DNA of 64,000 nucleotides from Octopus sinensis (lineage: Eukaryota): positions 66,030,001-66,094,000 of the forward strand of contig NC_043005.1 in the NCBI RefSeq assembly GCF_006345805.1, given 5' to 3'. How positions within the stretch are numbered: position 1 is the stretch's first letter; each line of letters opens with the position of its first letter. A program made the position numbers and the translations under genes. Shown here in pieces: positions 1 to 12,776 of the stretch. The notes under the pieces are model-generated. The model searched no databases. It saw only the letters and a program-made list of their open reading frames with translations, and was not told where the DNA came from.

Positions 1-313
1 AGTGGAACAAATCGACCCCAAGACTTATTCTTTGTAAGCCTAGTACTTATTGTATCATTCCCTTTTGCCAAACTGCTAAGTTACGGAGATGTAAACACCA
101 ACATCGGTTATCAAGCGATGGTGGAGGGACAAACACAAACACACACACACATATATATACAACAGGCTTCTTTCAGTTTCCATCTACCAAGTTCACTCAC
201 AAGGCTTTGGTCAGCCTGAGGCTATAGTAGAAGACACTTTCCCAAGGTGCCACGCAGTGGGACTGAACTTGAAACCATGTAGTCGGGAAGCAAGCTTCCC
301 ACGACACAGCCAC
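1..313 (-). mobile_element. tRNA-derived SINE family B, partial
   Basis: Reverse complement of GTGGCTGTGT...GGTTCAGTCCCACTGCGTGGCACCTTGGG, matching the full copies at 54305 and 56798. Confidence 0.85.
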
Positions 314-621
314 ACACATATATATGATATATATATTTTTACTTTCCATTGGACTGCAGCCATACTGGAGAACCACTTTGAAGGATTTTAGTTGAACAAA
401 TTGACATCATTGCATATTTTAAAGTATGGTATTTATTGTCTCAGTTTCTTTTGCCAAAGTGCTAAGTTATATGGATATCATGCACCAATACACTCTCACT
501 TACAAAAGAAGTAATATTAAAGGTGACATTATAGTCTATCACCAAACATACATCTCTCTACACGAAACGTTCTTGTGTAGCCCCTGATTGTACAGACACA
601 ATCACCACCCTGCTCTCTGTT

Positions 622-1015
622 ACCATCACATATTTGTTGGCACGTAAAAAGTACCATCCGATCGTGGCCAATGCCAGTGCCCCCTTGACTGGCTTTTGTG
701 CCGGTGGCGCGTAAAAGGCACCATCTGAACGTGGCCGATGCCAGTGCCGCCTTGACTGGCTTCTGTGCCGGTGGCACATAAAAAGCAACAACCGATCGGG
801 GCCGCTGCCAGACTCCCCTGGCACATGTGCCGGTGGCACATAAAAAAGCACCCACTACACTCACAGAGTGGTTGGCGTTAGGAAGGGCATCAAGCTGTAG
901 AAACACTGCCAAATCAGACTGGAGCCTGGTGCAGTCTCCTGGCTTCCCAGACCCCGGTCGAACCGTCCAACCCGTGCTAGCACGGAAAACGGACGTTAAA
1001 CGATGATGATGATGT
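622..1015 (+). mobile_element. SINE/RTE-tail repeat family C with internal GGTGCTTTTTACGTGCCACCGGCAC-type subrepeats and (GAT)n tail
   Basis: Ends GGACGTTAAACGATGATGATG. Homologous to 10030-10372 and 15045-15365. Confidence 0.85.
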
Positions 1016-1203
1016 ACCATATGTTCTTGATTGTTTTTTAAGACATTAGGGTGTGATTTAAGAGATTTAGCTGCTATTTCCTTAGTTTGTTTATGCTTAA
1101 TATTGTTGTTTAGGTCAATCGTAATCAGGTAAGCATGATAAAAGGTGTTACCATTGTGTGTTTTTGTGCATTGGGCATTCCTTAGATACTAGCAGCAAAC
1201 GTG

Positions 1204-1631
1204 TCAAAATCACATATGATCTTATTCGTTAATTTCCGTAAAATTTTTTAATTTCTTTACTCTTCGAGAAAGTGAAAGATATATTTACATGTATATGAAA
1301 TGGTCATGAGTGTATGTATGTGTGTGTGTGTGCGTGAGAGAGAGAGAGAGAGTGAGTGAATGAAGGTGTGTGTTGCCATGTATGTATTTTTTTGCATGTA
1401 TGTGTAAGTGGCACTCACTCGCTGTCTCTTTCTCTCTCTGAGACATACATTGTGTGTGTGAGTGCCACTTACACATACAAGTAAAAAATACATATATGGC
1501 AACACACTTTCAATCACTTCCTCTCTCTCTCTCTCTCGAGCACACACACACACATACTTACACACACTCACGTCTACAGGAATAAAAGTTTTTTTACGGA
1601 AATTAACGAACAAGATCATATGTGATCTTGA
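1204..1631. repeat. Long fold-back (inverted) repeat, two arms around a ~40-nt loop
   Basis: ATCACATATGATCTTATTCGTTAATTTCCGTAAAA (1209) pairs with TTTTACGGAAATTAACGAACAAGATCATATGTGAT (to 1626). Inner arms ~1308-1417 and ~1458-1563 are also complementary. Confidence 0.9.
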
Positions 1632-1923
1632 TAAGTTTGTTGCTAGTAACGAAGGCCTCTGCATTGTCCAGTGAGTAATTTCTTGTTTAAAGACAGAGGC
1701 ACGTTTGTTGTTATGATAGAAACTTGATCGCTATTTCTAGCATACCGAACGACCACGCGGAGGTTGCCTTGTTTATTATTAACATCTGTGACTGATGACC
1801 TTACCTTGATCTAAAACAGTCTTCAACGATTGAGAGTTCCTGCATCAGTTGATGTATACAAAAGCATGTGCTTTACAAATGGAACCGTGAATTATGTGTA
1901 GCTGTCAATGACACAATTTTATA

Positions 1924-1999
1924 ATGTGTGACAGCAACGAACTTACTGATGATGAGAATGTAGACGAAGAACTGCAAACTCTGAAGGAAACCGTTTACG
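1924..1999 (+). CDS. CIAO2A: CIAO2A/FAM96A coding exon 1 (MCDSNELTDDENVDEELQTLKETVY+G)
   Basis: ATG at 1924 with an in-frame TGA at 1909-1911 upstream. Ends TAC G|GTATTT (phase 1), which joins exon 2 to give VYDLIR, matching the family motif (E/T)VYDLIR. Confidence 0.85.
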
Positions 2000-2614
2000 G
2001 TATTTAAAAAAAAATTCTTCTGTATATTAATTAATTACAAAAATTATAAAAGAAACAATTATAGCAGTCATACGTCCTAAATTAGCTGCGATCTTTTCTT
2101 TTTTATAAAGTACGGTACTTTTTGCTGTTTTAAATTAGCGATTAAATATTTATTATTAATTTTAACATTATTTACACCCATATTGTGTTGGTGGAGCGGT
2201 GGTAGAGGGTTACAGCTGTTTTCCAGAATTATTTACATTCTGCGTTCGAATTCTGCTTGTTTTCACAAATCTCGTCCGTATATCTAGATACTGAGAATTA
2301 AATGCTTATACGCAAGCGAATGTTACTATTTTAGCAAAAAGAAATTCTATGTTTATTTAAAAATGCTAACACGTCGTCATGTAATGCAGAAGAAATCTAA
2401 TCCTTCTTAATATTGATAATAGTGACAAAATTCTTTGTTTAGGATTAAATGCTATTGCAGACTCATTTAACCTTCCGTAAGATGTGTTTATATTAGAATG
2501 CACAATTTTTTGCTGAAATCGTATGTTGTTTTTCGATAGTTGGCGCGCTTTGAATTTCACTCGTTCTTCTCATTTCAAATACATTAGTCAACAAACTAGT
2601 CTCTATGTAGTCGT

Positions 2615-2790
2615 TCGACTTATTAGAAATAGCAGCTAAATTATATATCCCTTGAATCAAACACTACCATCTTTAAAAAAAACAACAAAACATATTAGAT
2701 AACGTAGTCTTAGATACACTGAATAAAAGGTGAGTTGGTCATAGATGGCACATCTTTGATGATAGCTTAGCGGTTACATTAAGAGCAAAC
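2615..2790 (+). mobile_element. Degenerate 3' part of dispersed repeat family G (TAGAAATAGCAGCTAAAT...GATAATGTAGTC...GATCATAG)
   Basis: Similar segments at ~3530-3690 (+), 12910-13100 (+), 1030-1200 (-) and 16830-17020 (-). Confidence 0.55.
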
Positions 2791-4344
2791 TAGTGTATGA
2801 GCTTAACCGAAGAAAGAGTCCTCATTGTTTATCCTCCAGCTGAGACTGATCAAATGGGTAGACCTATGGTCAAAAACTTTCGGTCTTGACTATCCGCTCT
2901 TTTCTTCGGACATAATGAACTGCAGATCCCATATTGCATTTTCCAGTCTCCAGAGGGAGACTTAGCTACATTTTGTGGCAGGTCGAACGACTACATATAG
3001 GCTAGAGGCTTTGGATTTTAGACTGAGTTCTAACTCCCGAGTTGACGGAAGTTTTGGTGGCGATGAAGTGCTAGTGTCATTACATTTCACTTTAACACAA
3101 CACTGCAAATGTTGTTGTTGTTTAACCCTCGTCAGCCTATGAATCAAGCTGGGACAGCCTTTATCCCTGCTTTATTAGGATCGCGGATGATTCGTCTTTT
3201 TGTATATCGGTGTCTATATCGTCTAATATATCCTTCTTTATTGTGATTTAAAGGAGATTCCGATCAACTCAAATTCACTTTAGTACTTAACAGGTTCTAG
3301 TTTTGGCGATTCTGAAACTAACCGAAGCATTTATCGAACACTTGTTTTTGGATTCATTTTATAGAAAAAAAAGTGTCATTTCTGCTTTTGATTCTTTGGA
3401 AATTCTAAAAACACATACAGAATTTCACTTCTTTAATGACTGGTCGCGTTTTAAATCGAATTAAAATTCGCCACGCATTCATTTCAGCAAATTCTGTGCG
3501 AGCTTAATTCTGTTTGGCTCGTTCAGGTTGTTCGAATCTCTCAAACCACACCATGCCGTGTTAAGAAAGAAGGACATTTAAATAATGTAGTCCTCGGGTC
3601 ACTTTGCCTGAGAGAAAAAATAGACAGATGGTCACATCATTGATCATAGATCTTGCTTGATGATGGCTGACTATTGATAAACACGAACTTGTTTGAAGGT
3701 GGATGGTATGTGTACAATTTCTTCTCGTTGATCGAAATCATTTGGTTCAGTTACTCGTTTTATCGATCCAGCTGTGATTTTTATAGATTAATTTAAATAA
3801 GAATTCGAATGAAATTCCTGAAAATCACAAGTGTCACTCATTTCAATATTGTAGACAACAGTTTTTGAATACAAATTGGATGGGGTCAACAACAAAATAA
3901 TGGTGTTGGCCAAGTAAAAAAAGGCACTAGGTATATTCTGTAACAGCGAAAAGTGCATGATGAAGTTTCGAACTTGATTCACTTTAACATATATTTCTAT
4001 ATAAGCTACGGGTTAACTCTGATCGAGTCAATCTACTTTACTATTTCTGTCACTGTGTAAATAGTCGTTAGCGGTTTTTCGTCGATCTCTCTCAATATGT
4101 ATGTTATGCGCGTACGTATGTTCGTATGCATACCACGCTCTCTCACGTGTGATATAATATTTGGCGAGTGCTGCAACAAAGGTGGTAACCTTTTTATTTA
4201 AGGCATTTATTTTGATCAACTTTGTTTCGTCATCTTAACAATCTAGTTGATTTGTCAAAAAGTTTGCTGAAACGAAAGTTTTTAGAGTTATTTCCCCCTG
4301 AGAAAAAAAAAAATTATTTCTAATTTTTGCACAAGGCAGTATTT

Positions 4345-4933
4345 TTTGAGGAGAGGGATAAGTCTGTTACATCGACCCAGTGTTCAACTAATATTTATTT
4401 TATCGATCCTGAAAGGATGAAAGGCAAACTTGGCCTTGGCGGAATTTGAACTCAGGACGTAAAGAGTCCGAATAAATAACGCTAATCTTTTCTACTCTAG
4501 GCACAAGGCCCGAAATTTTGGAGGAGGGGGCCAGTCGATTAGGTCGACCCTAGTATGCAGCTGGTACTTAATTTATCGACTCCGAAAGGATAAAAGGCAA
4601 AGTCGACCTCGGCGAAATTTGAGCTCAGAACGTAAAGACAGACGAAATACCACTAATCATTTTGTCCGACGCACTAACGATTCTGCCAGCTCACAGCCCT
4701 AATAGTAGTTATAATCCTTTCTGCTATAGGTACAAGGCCTGAAATATTGGGAGATGGGGATTATCCATTGCATCGACTCCTGTGCTCAGCTGGTACTTAT
4801 TCCATCGACCCAACCCTCAAGGGATGAAAAGCAATGTTGACCTCAGCAGAATTTGAACTCAGAACGTAAAGACGGACGAAATGCCACTAAACATTTTGTC
4901 TGGCGGGTTAACGATTCTGCCAGCTCGCCGCCT
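4345..4933 (-). mobile_element. Three tandem copies of tRNA-derived SINE family A
   Basis: Each has the reverse complement of GAGTTCAAATTC (B box) and GTCGACTTTGCCTTTCATCC. The last ends at GCCAGCTCGCCGCCTT. Confidence 0.9.
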
Positions 4934-5204
4934 TAATAGTAATAATGGGCATATCGTATATAGTGCTCAGATGCTCTATAACTCGTCAGAAAGGGACAGT
5001 AAATCAATTGAAGAAAGACAGCAATGAAAATCATAATTACATGTACAGTACACAGAGCTAAACGCAAAATAGCAGGAAAGTAAAGTGTAAAAGAGTCATA
5101 AAAAGGAAATGGTGCATAAGCACGTCTGAAGTTGTGTTGGTGAATATCAGGAAACATGGAATTTTTAAAGGATGTTATGTCCTAACAGCTAATAACCAAC
5201 ATTG

Positions 5205-5770
5205 TTTATTCCATAGTTTATTCCATGTTTTGACAATTGAGAGCAGGAAAAATTGTTTCTAAAAGTCATGGATTCTGCACCGTATTTTGAGTATGCATTT
5301 CAAACAGTGGCAGAGATACTGAATTCAAAAACATGGCCAAAAGTGTTGGAAAGATGTGGATAATCTTGTGGGCTGCTGCTGGATATTAAAACTTTGATGT
5401 GTCAATACTCCGAGAAGCAAGATGTTCAAGATATAGTTACTGACTGATGGAGGTATTTGTCTCATTGCATGTCTTTAAACAGATTGATATTCTGGACAAG
5501 ATGGAGGTTTTAGCCTTGAGATGCAAACTGTAAGTTTGGATGCATCATAGTCATATGTAGCATTAAATAGATGGCTAGTGAGTGGCTGACAAAGGTCTTA
5601 CTCAGTGATGTTAAGGTACCTTCAGCCTTTTTGATGATTTTAGAAATGTGGTTTGTCTAACGCAGATCATTGTTGACAATAACACCTAGACCATGTTCAC
5701 TTGCAGACTTCTTAAGTTTGGTGTTGTGAGGAATGAGATAAATTCTGGGTTTTACCTCCCAAAATGTATA
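5205..5770 (-). mobile_element. CR1-type LINE 3' reverse-transcriptase relic
   Basis: Minus strand translates as EHGLGVIVNNDLR*TNHISKIIKKAEGTLTSLSKTFV...MHPNLQFAS and FRNNFFLLSIVKTWNKL, typical of the CR1 RT C-terminus. Contains stops and frameshifts. Confidence 0.8.
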
Positions 5771-6307
5771 GCTGTACTCTTTACAGCCAGCTTATGGCAT
5801 CGTTTGTGTGTTTGTACTGGTTTTAAGGTTTTAGGGTTAGGGGTTTAGGGTTGTCATAAATAACAGTGACAAACAAAATATACACTGCCAGAAGTTCTTG
5901 TTGACAAACAACAGCAGTAATTTTATTCAGCTGAATACATGTCATTGATTGGTTGAAATTACCAAAATACGAGAACTTTAACGTGAAATAACTTCGTAAA
6001 TATATAAGTTTTTCTCAAAAATGCTAAGAGTAAAAGATGTTTTATATTCACATTCTACCAGTGTCTGAAGTTTGAAAGTGTTTAGTTACAAAAAATTATT
6101 TTTTTCATTGCTGCATTTTCTTTGTATGTTTATTGAAACATTGGGTTTTTGGTTCCATTCAGAAAATGAAATCATGTATCATAATCAGTCTAAGTTAGCA
6201 TGGTGGGGCCTTCCCCTCTCTAAGTTACATTCATAACTCAGTGTATTTGGCTCAAGTCAACTTGGCATAGACTATTTAGCATAACATTGACCAGTGTGTC
6301 CCACTGT

Positions 6308-6612
6308 GGAGGCACATGGCCTGGTGGTTAGAGCAGCGGAATTGCGGTTGAGGAATTGCGGGTTTGAATCTCAGACCGGGTGATGTGTGTGTTTATGAGT
6401 GAAACACCTAAGCTTCATGCAGCTCCAGCAGAAGGTAATGGCGAACTTCTGCTGACTCTTTCGCCACAACTTTCTCTCACTCTTTGCTCCTGCATCAAGC
6501 AGCTTACCTGCAACGGACCGGCGTCCTGTTCAGATGGGGAACCTATACACCAAGGAAACCGGGAAATTGGCCCTTATGAGCCAGGTATGGCTCGAGAAGG
6601 AACAAACAAAAA
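6308..6612 (+). mobile_element. tRNA-derived SINE family E (possible V-domain type)
   Basis: A box TGGCCTGGTGGTTAGAGC, B box GGGTTTGAATCTC, body CTGCAACGGACCGGCGTCCTGTTCAG, tail GGCTCGAGAAGGAACAAAC. Confidence 0.7.
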
Positions 6613-6948
6613 ATAAACAGTGTGTCCCACCATTTTTTAAGGCAGTAGGATGTGATGTGAATGAAATTCTACTGCTATTTGTAGTTGGTTGAGTAATTTA
6701 CATATAAGCTTTCTCATTGCCTCATATTAAAATAAGTTTATGGGCAATGTTAAAAAAATCATGCCTTGAATTTCATAAAACATTTTAACTCTTTCTTGGC
6801 CATATTTAATAAATTCTTGGCCATGTTTAATTAATCTTTGACTATGTTTAATTAATTCTGAAAATGAAATGCTGTATTCCACCTGGTTTTATACTTTTTC
6901 TTTATTGAAAATTTTCCCTGTTTTAAATCTCTACTTTTCTCATCCCAG

Positions 6949-7113
6949 ATCTCATTCGAGGAATCAAAGATCCAGAAAAAATCGAAACCCTTGAGGAACT
7001 GAATGTTGTGACTGAGGAAGGAGTCGAAGTAAAACGATTTTCAGATCAATGTTTTCTGATTCGCATTGAATTTATTCCTACAGTTCCCCATTGTACACTT
7101 GCTTCACTGATTG
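6949..7113 (+). CDS. CIAO2A: CIAO2A coding exon 2 ([56 protein letters not shown])
   Basis: Acceptor CTTTTCTCATCCCAG|, donor |GTATGT, 165 nt. Contains the MIP18-family DPE..TLEEL and PTVPHC motifs. Confidence 0.97.
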
Positions 7114-9413
7114 GTATGTTGACGTCTTTTCTTTCCAATATGTTTTAGATATCATCATCACTATCATTATCATATTTTATTGTTCATTTTTTCATACCAT
7201 CATGGGTTCACTGAGTCTCCTGTCTTTTTTAACATCCTCTTCAATTTTTAAAAGGGGTAGTTCATGCTTGTACATATAATGTTCAGGCTACACTGGCCAT
7301 TTAGCTTTCACCATCAATTATCAGCTTCACAAGATCTAATGCTTTATTGTGCCAGATCATCATTAACATTTGATATGCATGCTTTTCAAAAAGTTCCTTC
7401 AATAGAATATGGGTCTGTGGTTTGGTTTTTGTAATTTAAGAATGGCCAAAGCATGTTCAACTGAAATTAACCTTTTTGAATATAAAAAGAATGCTGCCTC
7501 TTGAAAAATACTACAGTCTTACAATTAACTTTTCATTATATCAGGTGAGTATTTTTTTTGTAATAAATCACTGGCTGTATATCAACATTTAGACTGTTTG
7601 TGAGAGAAAGCAAATTGAGATTGTAATATGGTTTCAATAACTGTTTGGAGATATTTCTTCTATTTGAGTTCATTTTGATTCAGTTCAATAAAATTTGTTC
7701 TCTTTTATAAAAAAACACAACAAAAAACTTTGAAATGTAGAATGCAGCTGAAAGTGCAGTAACACGAATTGATACATATCAAGCAAAAATACAACAACAA
7801 TAATAATTTCTAACTTGGGACAAGACCATAAATTTGAGGGTGGGGCTTAGTCAATTAAATCAAACCCAATACTTGACTAGTATTTTGTTTTATCAACCTT
7901 GGAAAGATGAAAGGCAAAGTTGACCTTTGCAGGATAAAATGTAAAGAAACAGAAAAATTACTCTAAGTCATTTTGTCCAACCCACCACCCTAAAGGATTT
8001 TTTACTAAGGCACAAGGTTAGAAATTTGGCATGGGGTGGGAACAGCTGTCTAGTACTTTATCACCTCTATAATGATAAAAGACAAAATTTAGTCTTAGCA
8101 TTATGTCAACACAGAATATAAATAAATTTTGTCTGCCACTTACTGAGTCTTCCAATCTGTTGCTTTAGAAAAGAAATAATATTAAAGATTGCTTATGTTG
8201 GTGTCAAAATTTCTTTGTAATCAATTTCTTTGGAAAGTGATGCTTGGTTAAGGCTGACCAAAGCCATTGACAACAACTCTCATCATCCTTTCTGTGCTTT
8301 ACTTTACAAAGGCAACAGTTAACAATTTTCCTCCCATCCTTCTTTCCCACTACATCCATTCTCTTGAATCCCTTCTGTAAAAAGATGATGGAGCTGGTAG
8401 AACAGTGCAGAAATCAGCACTGGCAGGGGTTTTGTAAGGTGTTCATTCTCCAAAGCTCTGACTGATATTGGAGTTACTCTTGCAGCATAGAGAAGGTCCA
8501 TAAATTCTATTATTGAAGCAACAGAGATGACTTTAGATAAAGCGGGAAGATCAGTGCTGTGTTACTGCTGGAATGCAAGCTGGAACTTGATTAACCCTAG
8601 CTGAGTAAACTGGGCAAGTGGGTGTATTTTCTTCCATAATTTTCCCCCACTTCAGCCATTCACTGGAGCTTTTCTCATACAAGGACGATAAGTCTAGCTG
8701 TACAATAATAGCTTCATTTTTATCAGTCTGGAAGAGCCTGAAAATGGGCACTGCTCCCCTGTACTGGAAGTAAATACTAAAAAGGTTTCATTTCTTTTAA
8801 CTGGAACTTATATGTCATTATTTGTTTTTATTTAATTAAAATTATTTTTATTTCTGTTGTTAAAGACTTTACATTCTTTCTAGTGCAAGTATCATGATAA
8901 AATGCATCTGGTACACTCTGGAAAGGGATTGGTGTTTGGAATGGTATCCAGCTTTTGAAACCATGACAAAATAGAATATATGAGCAAAGTATAACATTCT
9001 GACTTGTCTAAGAAGGCAGTAATTCCAAATAAGAACTGACTCGATCCCTGATGACCATCCGATCCATGCCAACATGGAGTGTGGATGTAAAGATAAGGAT
9101 GATAGTGATGATCTATATCCTACATCTTTTTTAACATCAGCCTTGTGTATTACATGTTATCACTGGGCCAAGCATAGATTCCATGCATTTGTAATGATGA
9201 GAATGAAAAATGAGTAAGCTTCTATGCAACAGTGTAACCTCACTTGTTCTTTGAATTTCAGATTTGTTAATTTCACATTAAAAACTTTCATCCCTGGAAA
9301 TTCCATATTTTATAAATGTTCTTTATTCATATTTTGTTGTATAAATTTCTAGATCTTATAACTCTTTCTCATTTTGTTAAAAAGTTTCCTTTAAATTTTT
9401 TTCTATGTTTAAG

Positions 9414-9463
9414 GTTTATGTATGCGAAATAAACTTCAAAGAGACTTTCCTGAGCTACATAAA
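9414..9463 (+). CDS. CIAO2A: CIAO2A coding exon 3 (GLCMRNKLQRDFPELHK)
   Basis: Acceptor TTTAAG|, donor |GTAAGT, 50 nt, phase 1 to 0. Aligns with FAM96A GLCLRVKLQRCLPFKHK as recalled. Confidence 0.95.
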
Positions 9464-9636
9464 GTAAGTCCACATGTTCTATTGTTTCTTTTGCATGAAA
9501 AACATGGATGTCATCATCACATGAGACAGTAAAGTGTTTAACTACCAATGGAAGAGTTGATGTCTTCTGCATCTTGTCACCAACACAACACAGTGTTGAT
9601 GGTCTTGATATCTTCTATCTTTCTTTTCTTATACTT

Positions 9637-9878
9637 GTTTCAACACTGGTTGTCAAGCAGTGGCTAGAGACAGATACACACACACACACACACACACACA
9701 CACCACACAAGCACATGTATGACAGGCTTCTTTCAGTTTCTGCCTGCCAAATCCATTTTCAAGGTTTTGGTCGGCCTGGCTGGGTCTTTAGTAGAAGACA
9801 CCTTCCCAAGGTGCCACACAGTGGGACTGAACCCAGAACCATGTGATTAGGAAGCAAATTTCTTACCACACAGCCACA
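9637..9878 (-). mobile_element. SINE family B, partial (intron 3)
   Basis: Homology to family B with CpG-decayed positions. Confidence 0.85.
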
Positions 9879-10029
9879 TAACTCTTCTTAACCCAGTCCC
9901 TTCTGCTGGAATAAGAGAATCACAAATAGCTGAGTTGATAACTGGGTTGACTAAACTTTCAATGTCTGAATCCAGGATAGTAACTGTTTGATAGTTTTTA
10001 GGACTATAGAAAAACAAATTCCTAGCGTT

Positions 10030-10372
10030 GCCTTACTAGCACTTGTGCTGGTGGCACGTGAAAAAACATTCGAACAAGGTCGATGCCAGTGCCGCTGGAC
10101 TGGCTCCTGTGTAGGTGGCACATAAAAAACACCACTTGAGCATGGCCATTGCCAGTACCGCTTGACTGGCCCTTGTGCCGGTGGCACATAAAAACATCCA
10201 CTACACTCTCGGAGTGGTTGGCATTAGGAAGGGCATCCAGCTGTAGAAACTCTGCCAGATCAGATTGGAGCCTGGTGCAGCCATCTGGCTCGCCAGTCCT
10301 CAGTCAAATCGTCCAACCCATGCTAGCATGGAAAGTGGACGTTAAACGATGATGATGATGATGATAATGAGG
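10030..10372 (+). mobile_element. Family C repeat (intron 3)
   Basis: GGAAGGGCATCCAGCTGTAGAAAC...GGACGTTAAACGATGATGATG tail. Confidence 0.9.
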
Positions 10373-10879
10373 ATGATGAAATTCCCTGATTTATATTACT
10401 GAATATTTGATTAGTTGATTGATGTATATTAATCATTCCCAGCCTGTGATTTTTGTCACATCAATGCAATAAAGTTCAGTGCCAACTACAGAATGTGAAC
10501 TGTTGACATTGTTTCATAGCCCTGTACCTTCTTGATCTGGCTAACTGCAATTCTTGTATGTGATTTGATTAGTAGATTCACCTTCTCCTTTTTAGCCCTA
10601 GCTGAGCAGACTTTAGTTTAAATTGTTGTTCTAACTATGACCATGGCCAACCAGTCTTTCTCCTAGGAATTGCATATCTAGGTCTATATAATCCATTTCT
10701 ATTCTCTAGACTGAGACATTGGAGTATAATTTGAGGGATATTTATAGCAAGTCAAGCAATCATGTAAAAGAGAGGCTGTCTTGCTTGCTAGTAACAGAAT
10801 TTGTAAGTAAAATGTACATGGATAGGATATGTACTTCATATATATGTTTCTTGTTTCAGTTCTATGAAGAGACAGCAGA

Positions 10880-11190
10880 GCACAGGAGAAAACATCAGAA
10901 AAAAAGATTAAACATTAAAATTAGGACAACATTAATGCATAGGACAAAACAGAGTGTAGGACAATATTAGTGCATAAAGCAAAACATTAGAATATGAAAC
11001 TATATGTTAGAGCATAAAATAAAACATAATATTGGAGGAAAAAATGTAGGACAACATTAGAACACAAGACAAAACAGACTGTAAAACAAAATATTAGAGT
11101 GTAGAACTAAACATTAGTTTGCAGGACAATATTAGGACATAGAACAAAACACTAGAGCAGAGGATAAAAACATAAGATAGGAGGACAAAG
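10880..11190. repeat. Degenerate ~19-20 bp minisatellite (AGGACAAAACATTAGAGCAT-like)
   Basis: Recurring AGGACAA / ACATTAG words through the interval. Confidence 0.6.
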
Positions 11191-12257
11191 TACTTTGCAT
11201 TATTTGTTTCAGCACACAGCACACTGAGTTCATATTCTGATGAGGTCAACTTTGCTTTATTCTTTTTTTTGGATTCAGTAAAATAAAGTACCTACTTGGG
11301 TATTAGATTGATAGAATTCTTAGAGTATCAAGTGAGATACTTTGTGATGGCATTCATCTATGTTGCTGAAGTTTGTCAAAGGCGGCTCCTCTTTGCAACA
11401 CAACAAATGCTTTACAATCTGTTTGCATCTATTGAGCACCAAATCTGAAATATTCAGGAAATGCAAGCACTCTGAAAAGCATCTGCTATGCATCTAAGAA
11501 ATGCTGCCATGACTCAAACAAAACGACACAAATGCTTGCTCAAGCATCTGCAACTGCTTTACTCTAGACTCTTTCACTCTATACTTGTCCCCCTCCAACT
11601 TTTCTCCTCCTCCAATTCTTCTAACATTCTCTTCCAATACCAACCTCCCCCTCCTCCATAAACCCCACAATCCTCACATATATACGTTGATGTACTAAAT
11701 TCACCTAACCCCTTTCTTACTCTGAAATATAAAGCAAATTTATTCACATTGTTTTGAATTAATCATGCTTTACCTCATACTTTTGAGATTTCAAAGATGT
11801 TATTCATTATTTTTAGAATGACATTGTAGGGTAGGTATGAGAGGTTGGATGTAGTTAGTTTTAACATAAAACAGAATATTTGAGCCAAATATGGCTGGTT
11901 TAAATGCTAAAGAGTTAAAAAGTAAATATTTTCTTCACTGAAAGGCTTTGTTTTTACTGTTTGCCTACTAAATTGACTCACAAAGCTTTGGTTAGCCCAA
12001 GTCTTTAGCTGGCAACATTTGTTCAAAGTGCTGTGCAGTGGAACTGAACCTAAAACCATGTGGTTGCAAAGTGAATTTCTTAACCATACATTTATGATGG
12101 ACTTATGTTTATTTTCTATCTACAAAATTTCAACCTGATGTTATAGAAGAAAACACTTGTCCATGCTGTGAGAATGAACCCAGAATCAGTGGCTGTGAAG
12201 GGAACTTGTTAACCATACAGCTGTGTGTATACCTATGTAGGTAGGTATAAGCCTGTG

Positions 12258-12605
12258 AAGACGCATGGCTCAGTGGTTGCAGTGTTAGGCTCACAATTAC
12301 AAAGTAGTGAGTTTGATTCTCGGACTGGGCTATGTGTTGTGTTCTTGAGCAAGACATTTTATTTTTTATGTTGCTCCAGTTCACTCAGCTGTAGAAATGA
12401 ATTGCAACATCACTGGTGCCAAGCTGTATTGGCCTTTGCCTATCTCTCGGGCAACTTTGGGGGTGCGGAGAGGAGAGGCTGGTATGCATGGGCAACAACT
12501 GGTCTTCCATAAACAAACTTGTCCCCGACTTGTGCATTGGAAAGGAAGTTTCTAGGTGCAATCCCATGGTCAGTCATGACTGAAAGAGGTCTTTATCTTT
12601 TATAC
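12258..12605 (+). mobile_element. tRNA-derived SINE family F (intron 3)
   Basis: A box TGGCTCAGTGGTT, B-box-like GAGTTTGATTC, body CATCACTGGTGCCAAGCT...GGTCTTCCATAAACAA. Confidence 0.8.
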
Positions 12606-12730
12606 TTATATTTTTGAAAAATTCATAACATATCATTTGTGAACTACTAATATAGAGATGGTATTGTGGTCTCATCTGTTTATCTTTGACATTTTAAAAT
12701 TGATTTCTTCGTTTATGTTTTCATTAACAG

Positions 12731-12776
12731 TTGGACATTTTTGTGAAAGAAGGAAGCCATGATATTGAGGAAGATA
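12731..12776 (+). CDS. CIAO2A: CIAO2A coding exon 4 (LDIFVKEGSHDIEED+A)
   Basis: Acceptor TTAACAG|, donor |GTAAGT, 46 nt. Aligns with FAM96A LEIYISEGTHSTEED as recalled. Confidence 0.95.

Noticed and set aside
529-1020. 163-aa ORF and related Cys/His-rich ORFs at 10149 and 15168
   Set aside because: They are translations of family C repeat copies and their internal subrepeats.
5831-5852. Interstitial telomere-like TTAGGG x3
   Set aside because: Too short and imperfect to distinguish from chance or a repeat fragment.
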